A stretch of DNA of 64,000 nt from Acidobacteriota bacterium (lineage in GTDB: Bacteria; Acidobacteriota; Terriglobia; Acidiferrales; UBA7541). The notes beneath the pieces were generated by a model. The model saw only the letters and a program-made list of their open reading frames with translations. It did no database searches and was not told where the DNA came from. The stretch covers positions 38,127 to 102,126 of the forward strand of contig QHYS01000028.1 in the NCBI GenBank assembly GCA_003223325.1. Direction: 5' to 3'. The position numbers were made by a program, and so were the translations under genes. Shown in pieces: positions 22,515 through 31,910 of this stretch (position 1 is the first letter of the stretch; the number at the start of each line of letters is the position of its first letter).

Positions 22515-23627
22515 CTAAATGCGCATGGGCATGATGATGTAACGATAGCGGTATTGGTCATCCGCCAGGGGGCGGAATTGACCGGCGGATTGTTCATCTT
22601 TCAGCTCCACGCTGATCGGTCCGTCCGGAGCGGCGGCGAGAAAATCCAGCAGATATTGGCCGTTGAAGCCGATCGTAATGGGCTCTCCGCCATATTCTTG
22701 ATCGATATTCTCGGTGGCTTCGCCGTACTCGGGACTCGAGGCAGAAAGTTCTACGCCCTCCTGGCCGACGGAGAATTTCAAAGCGTGCGAGCGTTGGTCC
22801 GCGAGCTGCGAGACACGGCGTACCGCGTCGTTGAATTCATTGCGCTCCAGGACAATTTTTTTGTTGTTGTCCCGCGGCAGGACGGCTTCGTAGTTGGGAA
22901 ACTGGCCGGTGAGGATGCGCGAAATCAGCAGGCGCGATTCAACCTGAAAGAATAGATGACTGTCATCTCTGGCAAATTCGATTTGGCCGTTTTCACCCGC
23001 CTCGCCGGCAAGCCGCTGGATTTCCGTCATGGCCTTTTTGGGAACGAGGGGACGCGTCTCGTTCGAGAGTCCCGCAAAGGAGTGATCGGTTTCAGCGAGT
23101 GCCAGGCGATGACCGTCAGTTGCGACCATAGCAATCATATCGGGCTTCAAAGTCAGTTGAGCGCCGTTTAACGTGTAACGCGACTCCTCCATGGAAATCG
23201 CAAATGCGGTCCTGGCAATCAGGGACGAAAGAATTCCCGCCGGTATTTTCACGAGTGGGTGGGGGAAGGCTGGAATGGCCGGAAAATTGTCCTTGGCCAT
23301 GCCGACCATCTTGTAGTTCCGGCGGTCAGAGGTGATTTGCACCCAATGATTTTCGAGCAGCCGGAAACGAATCTCGGCCTCAGGCAATAAACGCACTAAT
23401 TCGAGCAGTTTTTTCGCAGGGATGGTGCCGGCGCCCTCTTTTTTAATTTTGGCTTCGCACGAAGTACGAATACTGAGCTCGAGATCCGTGGCTGTTAGGG
23501 TGACGCGATTGCCTTTCGCTTCGCACAGAAGATGCGAAAGAATGGGGATCGTCGTCTTTCGCTCGACGACGCCCTGCGTAAGATTGAGCTCCGCCAGCAA
23601 GTCGTACTTTTTCACCGTAAATTCCAT
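22515..23627 (-). CDS. dnaN: DNA polymerase III beta sliding clamp
   Basis: 370 aa. Motifs: TTIPILSHLL, TATDLELS, VATDGHRLA, C-terminal YIIMPMRI. Confidence 0.95.
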   Translation of the reverse strand: MEFTVKKYDLLAELNLTQGVVERKTTIPILSHLLCEAKGNRVTLTATDLELSIRTSCEAKIKKEGAGTIPAKKLLELVRLLPEAEIRFRLLENHWVQITSDRRNYKMVGMAKDNFPAIPAFPHPLVKIPAGILSSLIARTAFAISMEESRYTLNGAQLTLKPDMIAMVATDGHRLALAETDHSFAGLSNETRPLVPKKAMTEIQRLAGEAGENGQIEFARDDSHLFFQVESRLLISRILTGQFPNYEAVLPRDNNKKIVLERNEFNDAVRRVSQLADQRSHALKFSVGQEGVELSASSPEYGEATENIDQEYGGEPITIGFNGQYLLDFLAAAPDGPISVELKDEQSAGQFRPLADDQYRYRYIIMPMRI

Positions 23628-23961
23628 CTACGATTTCCTCCGCCGGAAGCCACGGATTCAAACCGGCTACTCTACCCTGTTTTAAAGAAGGGATAAAGAT
23701 AGTAGTAGTCGTCGTGCATGTCGCAAAAGAGGATATCGGTACAAAGCGTGCGGTTTGAGCACCATGTCTTGTGGACGAAACGAGTATGTTTGCCGCGGCC
23801 GGTGGAAAAGCGGCGCCTGCGCTTTGCCCGCGGTGAAGCTTTCCACAGTGGCGGGAAACCGCTCACATCGTTTGCACAGGGTTTTCCTCGTAAGGGGTGA
23901 GGGACAAAGGACAATAGAGAATACTGGAGCTCAGAAAGTGGCAAAAGAAACGCTGGTTTGA
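23628..23961. promoter_or_regulatory. dnaA-dnaN intergenic region with DnaA-box-like 8-mers and an AT-rich tract (possible oriC part/DUE)
   Basis: TTGTGGAC at 23769-23776, GTGGAAAA at 23812-23819 and TTTCCACA at 23840-23847. The AT-rich tract GTTTTAAAGAAGGGATAAAGATAGTAGTAG lies at about 23679-23710. Confidence 0.4.
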
Positions 23962-25278
23962 TTAGCCGAGGGTATCGAGCAGGCGGCTGATCGTGCGGTT
24001 TAGATCTTTATCGCTGCGGCGCAGAGTTTCGATCTTGTTGATCGAGTGCAACACAGTGGTGTGGTGTTTGCCGCCGAACTGCTTTCCGATCTCCGGCAGA
24101 GAAGCAGAAGTCAATTGCTTGACCAGGTACATGGCGATTTGGCGCGGGAAGGCGATGGCTTTGGCATTCGAGCGCACCTTGAGGTCCTGGTCTCTGAGGC
24201 CAAACTGTTCGCCGACGCGCTTTTGGATCAGCTCAATGGTGACCTTCTTCTCTTGAGTGGCGATGATGTTGCGCAAGGCTTGCTGTGCCGTGCCGAGATT
24301 TACAGGCGCGCCGGTCAGCGAAGCGTATGCGACGAGCCTGGTCAAGGCGCCTTCCAATTCCCTCACGTTGGATTTGATCGAGCGAGCGATGAACTCGGCG
24401 ACGTCATCAGCAAGCTCGAAATGTTCGGACTCGGCTTTCTTCTGGAGGATGGCGATTTTGGTCTCCAGATCGGGAGGCTGGATATCCGCGATAAGTCCCC
24501 ATTCAAAGCGCGAACGCAGGCGTTCTTCGATGGCGGCAATCTCTTTGGGTGGGCAGTCGGAAGACAGCACAATCTGTTTTTGCAGGTCGTGCAACGCGTT
24601 AAACGTATGAAAGAATTCCTCCTGGGTGCGCTCTTTGCCAGCGATAAATTCGATATCGTCAACCAGTAGGACATCAACGGAGCGGAAACGATCTCGAAAA
24701 CTGATCATGCGGTCAAAGCGGAGGGAATTGATTACTTCGTTGGTAAATTTTTCGGCACTGACATAAGTGAGCCGGAGGCCCGGATTGCGTGCTTTCACCA
24801 GATGGCCGATCGCCTGCATCAGGTGAGTCTTTCCCATCCCCACGCCGCCGTAGAGATAAAGAGGGTTGTAAGCTCTCGACGGAGCTTCGGCCACCGCCCG
24901 CGCCGCTGCATGCGCGAACTGATTGGACCCTCCGACCACAAACGTTTCGAAGGTGTACCGTGGATTGAGCTGATGATCGACACCATCAAAATCGAGGCGC
25001 GTTTGTTTAATCGGCGATGTTGCCACCGGAGAAGGCGGCTCCGGCTCGCTGCAAACGAAACTGAGCTGCACGTCTGGCATGCCCACTTCCACTAGCACGG
25101 CCTGCAGCAATTCGCCGTACGTCTCGGTCAAGCGCTTTCGAAAGGGTCGCGAGGGAACTCGGACGACCACCGTCCCATTCTCGGCACCCTCCTGTTTAGT
25201 CGGAAGGAACCACGTGGCAAAGCTGTGCGGATTAACCCGCCTCTCCATGTGCTGCAGGATTTTTTCCCATGAATTCAT
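23962..25278 (-). CDS. dnaA: chromosomal replication initiator protein DnaA
   Basis: GGVGMGKTHLMQAIGH (Walker A), LLVDDIEFIAGKERTQEEFFHTFNAL, and the C-terminal DNA-binding FGGKHHTTVLHSINKI. Confidence 0.95.
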   Translation of the reverse strand: MNSWEKILQHMERRVNPHSFATWFLPTKQEGAENGTVVVRVPSRPFRKRLTETYGELLQAVLVEVGMPDVQLSFVCSEPEPPSPVATSPIKQTRLDFDGVDHQLNPRYTFETFVVGGSNQFAHAAARAVAEAPSRAYNPLYLYGGVGMGKTHLMQAIGHLVKARNPGLRLTYVSAEKFTNEVINSLRFDRMISFRDRFRSVDVLLVDDIEFIAGKERTQEEFFHTFNALHDLQKQIVLSSDCPPKEIAAIEERLRSRFEWGLIADIQPPDLETKIAILQKKAESEHFELADDVAEFIARSIKSNVRELEGALTRLVAYASLTGAPVNLGTAQQALRNIIATQEKKVTIELIQKRVGEQFGLRDQDLKVRSNAKAIAFPRQIAMYLVKQLTSASLPEIGKQFGGKHHTTVLHSINKIETLRRSDKDLNRTISRLLDTLG

Positions 25279-25627
25279 GTTCTAAAGGCCATAAATAGAG
25301 CGGCACAGCATTTCCACAACCTGTGGAAATGCTGTGGAAATAGCGCCACAGCAACCGCACTCTCATGAATGCTTAAGCCTAGGACCGGCCTAGTTGTTCC
25401 CCTGATTTGCCAGTGCCGCGAGGGTGGCCGGGGCAGTTACAGGACCTTCGCGTCTATCACCGACGAGGCTCGATTGTCCACGAAAGCTGCCGTGCGCGGC
25501 AAGGAAAAAATCGCGGAGCATACAAGGAACGCTGCACAGGAGATGCACAGGATTTCCACAGGGCCAAATGTTCTTGTCCGAGTAGAAAGGCTAACTAGTT
25601 GGCTGTGCCACCCGTGCGTCCGCGAAA
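25279..25627. promoter_or_regulatory. DnaA-box cluster upstream of dnaA (oriC / dnaA autoregulatory region candidate)
   Basis: TTTCCACA at 25311-25318, TGTGGAAA at 25322-25329 and 25333-25340, TTGTCCAC at 25474-25481, TTTCCACA at 25553-25560. These are five matches to the TTWTNCACA-type box in 250 bp. Confidence 0.55.
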
Positions 25628-26665
25628 TCATTGAGGCCGATGAACCTTGCTAGATGACCTGGGGAATTCGTAAATTCCGAGTGGGTCGTTACCTAAGAGC
25701 AAATCGTCCTTTTCCACGAGGACGAAATTGGGAACCATGCGGGTGCCCCCCGTCGTATAAGCGCGATTGCTGACCCTAACATTATCGGCGTTATCGAAGT
25801 GCAAGAGTAAGTTCCCTAAGGCCAGCCAGAATTCTTGAGTTTCTGGATCGATTCCCAAAGAGGAGATGATCTCATGGGGAGAGATTGCCTTTCCGGAGGC
25901 GGACCGCGCGATTTCTTGGCGCGCGGATTGGGCCATAGACTGGAAGTCGAGGGTCGTGAGAGATACCTCATCGAGCAGATAGCCCGACGCGGGATCGTAT
26001 TTTCGTACCGTTGGCTCCGGCAAATACCGGAAGGCAAAGTAAAGAGCTCCGGCCTTATCCGACGCCAAATGCCCAAGATTGAGCCGGTGGTTGATTTCCA
26101 CGTCATCGCTCAGGTCGGCAAGCTCGCCAAATTCACGCACAAGCGTGCCGTGGACATCGTAAACGGCAATCAGATGATTGCCATTGGCGCTGCTCACGGC
26201 GACTTGGTAGTGCGGCAGCGCGATGATTTGGGTGGGTTTAGGTACTGGGAAATGAGCGAACAGCTTACCATCTGCTGTGTAGACGCTAACGGCATTGCCA
26301 CCTAGATCGGCGATGTACACGTGGCCGGATGCATCCAGGTCAAACGAAAGGGGTGAAACGATCTCGCCGGTCCGCGGCTCCGCCGGAATCTGGCGCAATT
26401 TTCTCCCCTGTGAGTCGAAAACAAGCACGCCAGCCGTAGGTGGCGTAGCAGGCTTAGAGGATTTGGAAGAGTTAGAAGGAAACGTGGTCGCCAAGACATA
26501 ATAGGAGCCGTCAGGACCACGGCGAACGGCGCGAAATCCGGCGCCCACGTCGGGAAATCGGCGCCGCGTCGCATCCAACGTCGGATCCTCCTGTGCGCGC
26601 ACAGAGATAATGGCCACGATTAAAATCGCAAGACCGAGCAGGCGGGCTTCGGCGCACCGTTTCAT
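25628..26665 (-). CDS. secreted NHL-repeat / six-bladed beta-propeller-like protein
   Basis: Signal peptide MKRCAEARLLGLAILIVAIISVRAQ. Repeated blades of the type GHVYIADLGGNAVSVYTADGKLF and HLIAVYDVHGTLVREFG. Confidence 0.6.
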   Translation of the reverse strand: MKRCAEARLLGLAILIVAIISVRAQEDPTLDATRRRFPDVGAGFRAVRRGPDGSYYVLATTFPSNSSKSSKPATPPTAGVLVFDSQGRKLRQIPAEPRTGEIVSPLSFDLDASGHVYIADLGGNAVSVYTADGKLFAHFPVPKPTQIIALPHYQVAVSSANGNHLIAVYDVHGTLVREFGELADLSDDVEINHRLNLGHLASDKAGALYFAFRYLPEPTVRKYDPASGYLLDEVSLTTLDFQSMAQSARQEIARSASGKAISPHEIISSLGIDPETQEFWLALGNLLLHFDNADNVRVSNRAYTTGGTRMVPNFVLVEKDDLLLGNDPLGIYEFPRSSSKVHRPQ

Positions 26666-26723
26666 TTTCGGGTGAACTATATAATGCGGTGGTATTGGCC
26701 TCGGGTTGCTCGGGCAGGTGGCA

Positions 26724-27509
26724 TCAATGCTCCAAACGATAGCGACGCCGTGCGATCGATACCGCGCGGCCGCTCACGGAATCCACCTCGATGAGCACGG
26801 CATTCATTTGGATATCACCCGTGGCGACCTCGAAGCGGGTCGGCATCCCGTCGAGGAACCGCTTGATGACTGCGCCCTTCTCCATGCCGATTACGGAGTG
26901 GTGCGGCCCGGTCATGCCTACGTCGGTGATGTAGGCCGTACCCCCGGGCAGGATTTGTTCGTCCGCGGTAGCCACATGCGTGTGCGTTCCGATCACCGCC
27001 GAGACACGCCCATCAAGATACCAGCCCATGGCCTGCTTTTCACTCGTGGCTTCGGCGTGCATGTCCACAATGATGACCTTCGTTTCGGTCTGCAGCTTGC
27101 CTACTTCGCGATCCGCGACGCTGAAAGGATCATCGTTTGATGCCATGAAGATACGTCCCTGCAGGCACATGACTGCATAGGGAATTCCCTTCTGTGACGT
27201 GCCGCAGAAAAGACCGCTGCCCGGGCTAGCCGCCGGGAAATTGGCGGGACGCAGCAGTCGTGGCTCGCGCGGTATGAAGTCCAGAATCTCTTTGCGGTCC
27301 CAGATGTGATTCCCTCCCGAAAGAACCTCGATTCCGGCGGACAGGAGTTCTTCGGTGAGCCGCGGGGTAATGCCGAACCCCGATGCGGCATTCTCTCCAT
27401 TGGCGATCACGAGATCGGCCTGCTCGTTAGAGACGATATCTTCCAGGCGTTCGAGCACAATACCTCGGCCGGGCGAACCGACAATGTCCCCAATAAACAA
27501 AATGCGCAT
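26724..27509 (-). CDS. ymdB: YmdB-family (TIGR00282) metallophosphoesterase, 2',3'-cyclic-nucleotide 2'-phosphodiesterase-like
   Basis: MRILFIGDIVGSPGR, ANGENAASGFGIT, GGNHIWD, VDMHAEATSEK, GTHTHV. Confidence 0.85.
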   Translation of the reverse strand: MRILFIGDIVGSPGRGIVLERLEDIVSNEQADLVIANGENAASGFGITPRLTEELLSAGIEVLSGGNHIWDRKEILDFIPREPRLLRPANFPAASPGSGLFCGTSQKGIPYAVMCLQGRIFMASNDDPFSVADREVGKLQTETKVIIVDMHAEATSEKQAMGWYLDGRVSAVIGTHTHVATADEQILPGGTAYITDVGMTGPHHSVIGMEKGAVIKRFLDGMPTRFEVATGDIQMNAVLIEVDSVSGRAVSIARRRYRLEH

Positions 27510-27544
27510 GGATTGATCGGTGGATGGAGTGGTCCACTTCGTCG

Positions 27545-27729
27545 TGTGGAGCTAGATCCTGAACCTCTGTTATAAGGTGGGTGCCCTGCGCCGGCCCTTA
27601 GGCTTTCCCGCCGCCGGGGCATGCCCGGCTGCGGGCCATGCGCACAGGCCGTCTGACCCGGGCACCACAGAGATCCAGCATTGGTTCAAAAGATCGTCGC
27701 GCCAATCACGCGCGTTGCAGGCCTACTCC
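27545..27729 (-). ncRNA. candidate structured roughly 185 nt RNA, possibly 6S RNA, or a structured ymdB leader
   Basis: Starts about 7 nt after a strong promoter. 5-prime GGAGUAGGCCU can pair with AGGAUCUAGCUCC (27549-27560). Nested helices GAAC/GUUC, CUCUG/CAGAG, GGUGCCC/GGGCACC with asymmetric internal loops, and a GC-rich apical domain. It sits directly downstream of zapA, as ssrS does in E. coli. Confidence 0.3.
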
Positions 27730-27735
27730 TCTTAC

Positions 27736-27763
27736 ATTCTAGCGGTCTCAGGGCGAGGGTCAA
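27736..27763 (-). promoter_or_regulatory. strong sigma-70-type promoter
   Basis: The minus strand reads TTGACC - 16 nt - TAGAAT in the zapA-ymdB gap. Confidence 0.5.
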
Positions 27764-27799
27764 ACCGATTTCCCAAAAGGGCGTGTCTTGCACCGCGGC

Positions 27800-28078
27800 T
27801 CAGGCGGATTGCTGAAGCGCCCGGTCGATCAGCTTAAGGCAACGTTCGGCGGTGGCACGCAAGGGCGCTTCGTTCTGTTCCCGGCTTTGCCGCAGGGCGT
27901 GGAATTCGTCGGCAATGGACAAAGCTGCAAGCACGGCCACTTTTACCGAGTCTACGGCTCCGGTGCCTCGGGCGATCTGACGCATGCGGACGTCCACGTA
28001 CTTGGCCAACTGCTCGACGTAGGCAGGCTCGAGGTCCCCGGCGACGTTGTACACCTGGTCGTAAATTTCCACTTTCAT
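27800..28078 (-). CDS. zapA: cell division protein ZapA
   Basis: The ATG at 28078 is preceded by GGAGG. MKVEIYDQVYNVAGDLEPAYVEQLAKYVDVRMRQI...VAVLAALSIADEF is the ZapA pattern. 92 aa. Confidence 0.8.
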   Translation of the reverse strand: MKVEIYDQVYNVAGDLEPAYVEQLAKYVDVRMRQIARGTGAVDSVKVAVLAALSIADEFHALRQSREQNEAPLRATAERCLKLIDRALQQSA

Positions 28079-28204
28079 CCTTGCAGGCCTCCCGGCGCAT
28101 GAAACGCGGCTGGGCGGCGCTATTGTGCGACACCGGGAAGCCTTGAGCAAGGCTGATGAAAAATTCGGAAACGAGCGAGTTTCGTATAGGCCCGCCGGAC
28201 CAGC

Positions 28205-28534
28205 ATGAGCCGGAATGTCGACGCGAAACCTGGCGACGTGGCCCGATTGACCGACCTGACCACAGGCGGTGTGACGCAGGCGCTCGACCGACTAGAAAAA
28301 GCCGGTTACGTGCGCCGCGATAGAAATCCCGAAGACAGGCGCAGCGTCCTAATTCGGATGGTGCCGGAGGGGCGGCGCAGAGTCCTCGAGCAGCATCAAT
28401 CCGCGAGTCAAATCATGGGACGAATTGTTTCCGCTTACGGAGAGAAGGAACTGGCGCTGATCCTGGATTTTTTTGCACGAACGAACCGCGCCCGCGTGGA
28501 ACACTATCAAGCCAGATTCTCAGGCGCCTTTTAA
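28205..28534 (+). CDS. MarR-family winged-helix regulator, N-terminally short (109 aa)
   Basis: LTDLTTGGVTQALDRLEKAGYVRRDRNPEDRRSVLIRMVPEG is the MarR recognition helix plus wing. An in-frame TAG at 28187-28189 prevents any longer N-terminus. Confidence 0.6.
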   Translation: MSRNVDAKPGDVARLTDLTTGGVTQALDRLEKAGYVRRDRNPEDRRSVLIRMVPEGRRRVLEQHQSASQIMGRIVSAYGEKELALILDFFARTNRARVEHYQARFSGAF

Positions 28535-30678
28535 GCTGTGCGCAAGGCGGCACCTAGCTTTTGTTCCAAGGCGGAAATGATACGCGAGGAGAAATCGCTG
28601 AGCTGCCCTTCGGTCAGGGTGGTGTCGTGGCTCTGAAATGTGATGTGGACGAGCAGGGAAAACTTCCCTGGCGGGATATTCCGGCCACGAAAAAGGTCGA
28701 CCGCATCGACAGAGATGATTTCAGCAATTCCCAGAGCCGCAATCACCACGCGCACGGCGGCGAAGGTGGTCCCGTCGCTGAGGATGAGGGAGAAATCGCG
28801 TTCCACGGCCGGGAATCGCGAAATTGGCTGGTATTTCCGCGCTTCGCGACCTAGCTGGTAAAGCGCATCGAAAGGACCGAGCAGGAATTCGGCGAGAAAA
28901 ACGTCCTGACGTAGCTTGAATTTTCCGGCGACGCGGTCCGCGAGCTGGCCGCCAGCGCCGATCAAGGTGCCACCCGGCCACTCGATACGGCGCGTCTGAC
29001 CACCTGCAACCGATACGACCAACCAGCCCGGCTTGTCGTTCGAAAGAGAGAACTGGCCCGCTCGAGTTGGACTCTGCCAAGTCAGCGTATCGCCTTTCCA
29101 CACAAACCCGCCGGCGAGAGCGCCGATTTGGTCGAGATCGCCTTTGAGATCGGCGAAATCGTAGTCCCGGGCGGATTCCGCGATGCCTTTTTCGCGCGCC
29201 AACCCCGTTGCGCCGATCGTGACAATGCGCGTCTCTTCGGGCGCGCCATTCTGCACACGATAGGCGCGGCCGATTTCAAACAGCCGGAGGCTCTGCTGCC
29301 CCCGATTCAAATTCCAAGCCAGCGCGTGGGCCATGCTTACAAGGCCCGTGGAACGCAGCAGCGACGCATCTTCGGCGAGAGGATTGGCCACTCGCGCGGG
29401 CAACACGCCGGCAGGCCGAAACAGTGCGTCTTCTTCTTCGTCGACCAGGGGGATGGAGACGATCTCCTGGTAGCCCAAGCCAATCAGCCGCTCGCGCAGC
29501 CGATCCTCGGGCAAGGCGTGAGGCAGCCGCGCCGCCGGCTGTTTTGAGGGATGAAGCCGCGGCGGAAATTTGTCCAAGCCGTAATGACGCGCAACTTCTT
29601 CGATCAGGTCCACTTCGCGCGTGACGTCCTGTCGCCACGACGGCTGGCGGCATTGCCATCTTGCGAGCAGCGAATCGGGGGTACCGCGCGTTTCATCCGT
29701 GCGCCGAGGAGCAAAGCCCAGCGCGCCGAGAATTGTCTCGATCTCGCTGTCGGGCACGCGGGCTCCCATAACCCGCAGCAATTCCTTGCGCGAAAGTTCC
29801 AGAGGCAGGGGTTCGCGGCGCGCCGGATAAACGTCGACCACTCCGGCCAGGACCTCGGCCTGGGCCAATTCGCGGATCAATGCCGCGCATCGCCGCGAGG
29901 CCAACTCGGCCATTTCTGGGTCGGCTCCGCGCTCAAAACGAGTGGACGCCTCCGTGCGCAGCCCGAGCGCTTTCGAGCTCCGTCGAATCGAGATTGGATC
30001 GAACCAGGCAGATTCCAAGAGCACGTTGCGCGTCGAGAAACCGATCTCGGTTTCTGCGCCACCCATAATGCCACCGATGCCAACGGCGCGAGCCGCGTCG
30101 GCAATGACGCAGACGTCTTGTGAGAGGATGCGCTCGACGCCGTCGAGCGTGCGGATTCTCTCTCCGGCCCGAGCGCGGCGCACGACAATGCGATGTTCCG
30201 CCAGGCGATCCATATCGAAGGCGTGCATGGGATGGCCGAGCTCGAGCATGACGTAATTTGTGGCGTCCACCACGTTGTTAATGGACGCCTGCCCGAGAGC
30301 TTCGAGACGCTTGCGCAGCCAATCGGGCGAGGGCTGCGCTTTGACGCCGTTCAATAGGCGCGCTGTGAACCTGCCGCAGAGATCCGGGCAGTCGATTTCC
30401 ACGCGTGTAGCGCGGGCGGCGCTCTCGCTGACTTCCGGCAGGACGATAGAAACAGGTCGCAACTCGTTTCGCGCCAGAGCGGCCACCTCACGCGCAACAC
30501 CATAATGGCCGAGGCAATCAGGGCGATTGATGGTGAGGTCGAGATTGAGCAGGGGACCCGCGGGTGTGTGTGATACACCTTCGACGGCGATCCCGACCAG
30601 AGACAGTCGCTCGCGCAGCTCTTCCGGTGAAAACGGGACAGCGACGAACTCCTTCAGCCAATCGTAAAGAATCTTCAT
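28531..30678 (-). CDS. pheT: phenylalanine--tRNA ligase beta subunit
   Basis: MKILYDWLKEF, B3/4 and B5 domains, a C-terminal ferredoxin-fold anticodon-binding domain (ERDFSLIL ... LFRG). 715 aa. It lacks the OB-fold tRNA-binding insert after the N-terminal domain. Confidence 0.95.
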   Translation of the reverse strand: MKILYDWLKEFVAVPFSPEELRERLSLVGIAVEGVSHTPAGPLLNLDLTINRPDCLGHYGVAREVAALARNELRPVSIVLPEVSESAARATRVEIDCPDLCGRFTARLLNGVKAQPSPDWLRKRLEALGQASINNVVDATNYVMLELGHPMHAFDMDRLAEHRIVVRRARAGERIRTLDGVERILSQDVCVIADAARAVGIGGIMGGAETEIGFSTRNVLLESAWFDPISIRRSSKALGLRTEASTRFERGADPEMAELASRRCAALIRELAQAEVLAGVVDVYPARREPLPLELSRKELLRVMGARVPDSEIETILGALGFAPRRTDETRGTPDSLLARWQCRQPSWRQDVTREVDLIEEVARHYGLDKFPPRLHPSKQPAARLPHALPEDRLRERLIGLGYQEIVSIPLVDEEEDALFRPAGVLPARVANPLAEDASLLRSTGLVSMAHALAWNLNRGQQSLRLFEIGRAYRVQNGAPEETRIVTIGATGLAREKGIAESARDYDFADLKGDLDQIGALAGGFVWKGDTLTWQSPTRAGQFSLSNDKPGWLVVSVAGGQTRRIEWPGGTLIGAGGQLADRVAGKFKLRQDVFLAEFLLGPFDALYQLGREARKYQPISRFPAVERDFSLILSDGTTFAAVRVVIAALGIAEIISVDAVDLFRGRNIPPGKFSLLVHITFQSHDTTLTEGQLSDFSSRIISALEQKLGAALRTA

Positions 30679-30700
30679 CGGGCGTCAGGACATCTGCGCG

Positions 30701-31810
30701 TCAGGGGAATTGCCGCAGGAAGCGCACATCGTTTTGAAAGAAGAGCTGCACATCATCGATTCCGTATTTAAGTTGCGAAAGGCGATCGACGCCCAAGCCG
30801 AAAGCGTAGCCGGAGACGCGCGTAGCATCGTAATTGACGAAGCCGTAGACGGCGGGATCGACCATGCCCGCGCCAAACAGTTCGATCCAGCCGGAAAATT
30901 TGCACAGCCGGCAGCCCTTGCCCATGCATACGAAGCAACTCGCATCCACCTCCACGGACGGTTCAGTGAACGGAAAATAGCTGGGGCGCAAGCGCGTCTT
31001 GGCCGCGGACCCAAGGAATTCCCGTACGAAATATTCCACCGTGCCCTTGAATTCGCAGAAGGTAACGTCGGTATCGACTGCCAGGCCTTCCACTTGGTGG
31101 AACACGTAGGAGTGCGTCGCGTCAGGATTGTCCCGCCGATAGACCTTTCCCGGCACGATGATGCGCACCGGAGGCTGCTGTTTTTCCATGGTGTGCACTT
31201 GCATCGGCGACGTGTGCGTGCGCAAAAGATGCGGCTTCGATCCCGGTGGAAGGTCGAGATAGAAGGTATCCATAGTGTCGCGCGCCGGATGATGTTCCGG
31301 GATATTCAGCGCCTCGAAATTGTAGTAAGGCGTTTCGATCTCATTGCCTTCCACAACGGTAAAACCAAGCGAAAGAAAGATGCGCTCAATTTCCTCGAAA
31401 GTCTGCCGAACCAGATGTCGCGAGCCGAGCGGCCGAATAACCCCTGGCAAGGAGAGGTCCACGCGCTCGCGAGCAAGCGCCGCCTTTTCCGCCGCGGCGG
31501 CAATGGATCGCTGAAGGCTCTCGAGCCCCTGCTCGACGTGCGCTCGAAGCTCATTGAGGGAGCGGCCGACAACAGGCCGCAGTTCGGGCGGGGCAGACTT
31601 CAGCCACTGTTCGGTGATCCGATTCAACACGCCGGACTTGCGGCCCAGCCAGGCGTCGCGCAGCGACTTCCAGGAGGCCTCATCGCGTGCGGATGTGGTG
31701 TCCCGCTCGAACTCCGCACGAAGAGCATCGAAGCGGGCGGTCACTTCCGCAGGCGTGGAGACACCCAGTGCGGCGAGCGTCTGTCGAATGATGTCCGCTA
31801 TTTCGGGCAT
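30701..31810 (-). CDS. pheS: phenylalanine--tRNA ligase alpha subunit
   Basis: HPARDTMDTFYL, LLRTHTSPMQV, FHQVEGL, YFPFTEPS, GAGMVDP, AFGLGVDRL. Confidence 0.95.
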   Translation of the reverse strand: MPEIADIIRQTLAALGVSTPAEVTARFDALRAEFERDTTSARDEASWKSLRDAWLGRKSGVLNRITEQWLKSAPPELRPVVGRSLNELRAHVEQGLESLQRSIAAAAEKAALARERVDLSLPGVIRPLGSRHLVRQTFEEIERIFLSLGFTVVEGNEIETPYYNFEALNIPEHHPARDTMDTFYLDLPPGSKPHLLRTHTSPMQVHTMEKQQPPVRIIVPGKVYRRDNPDATHSYVFHQVEGLAVDTDVTFCEFKGTVEYFVREFLGSAAKTRLRPSYFPFTEPSVEVDASCFVCMGKGCRLCKFSGWIELFGAGMVDPAVYGFVNYDATRVSGYAFGLGVDRLSQLKYGIDDVQLFFQNDVRFLRQFP

Positions 31811-31910
31811 GCTAATGGTACGCGTGAGAGCTTACACCAAAGGGACACGCCCAAACGGAGCTGCCGCGCCGCCTTTGGTGGAAGAGGTCTTGCCGGGAAA
31901 GGCAGGATGC

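Noticed and set aside
25369-25653. Small ORFs (63-94 aa) in the region upstream of dnaA
   Set aside because: They overlap the DnaA-box cluster and the end of the NHL-repeat gene, and have no coding character.
31811-31910. Possible pheST leader peptide/attenuator
   Set aside because: There is no short ORF with Phe codon runs and no clear terminator/antiterminator pair in the 100-nt gap.
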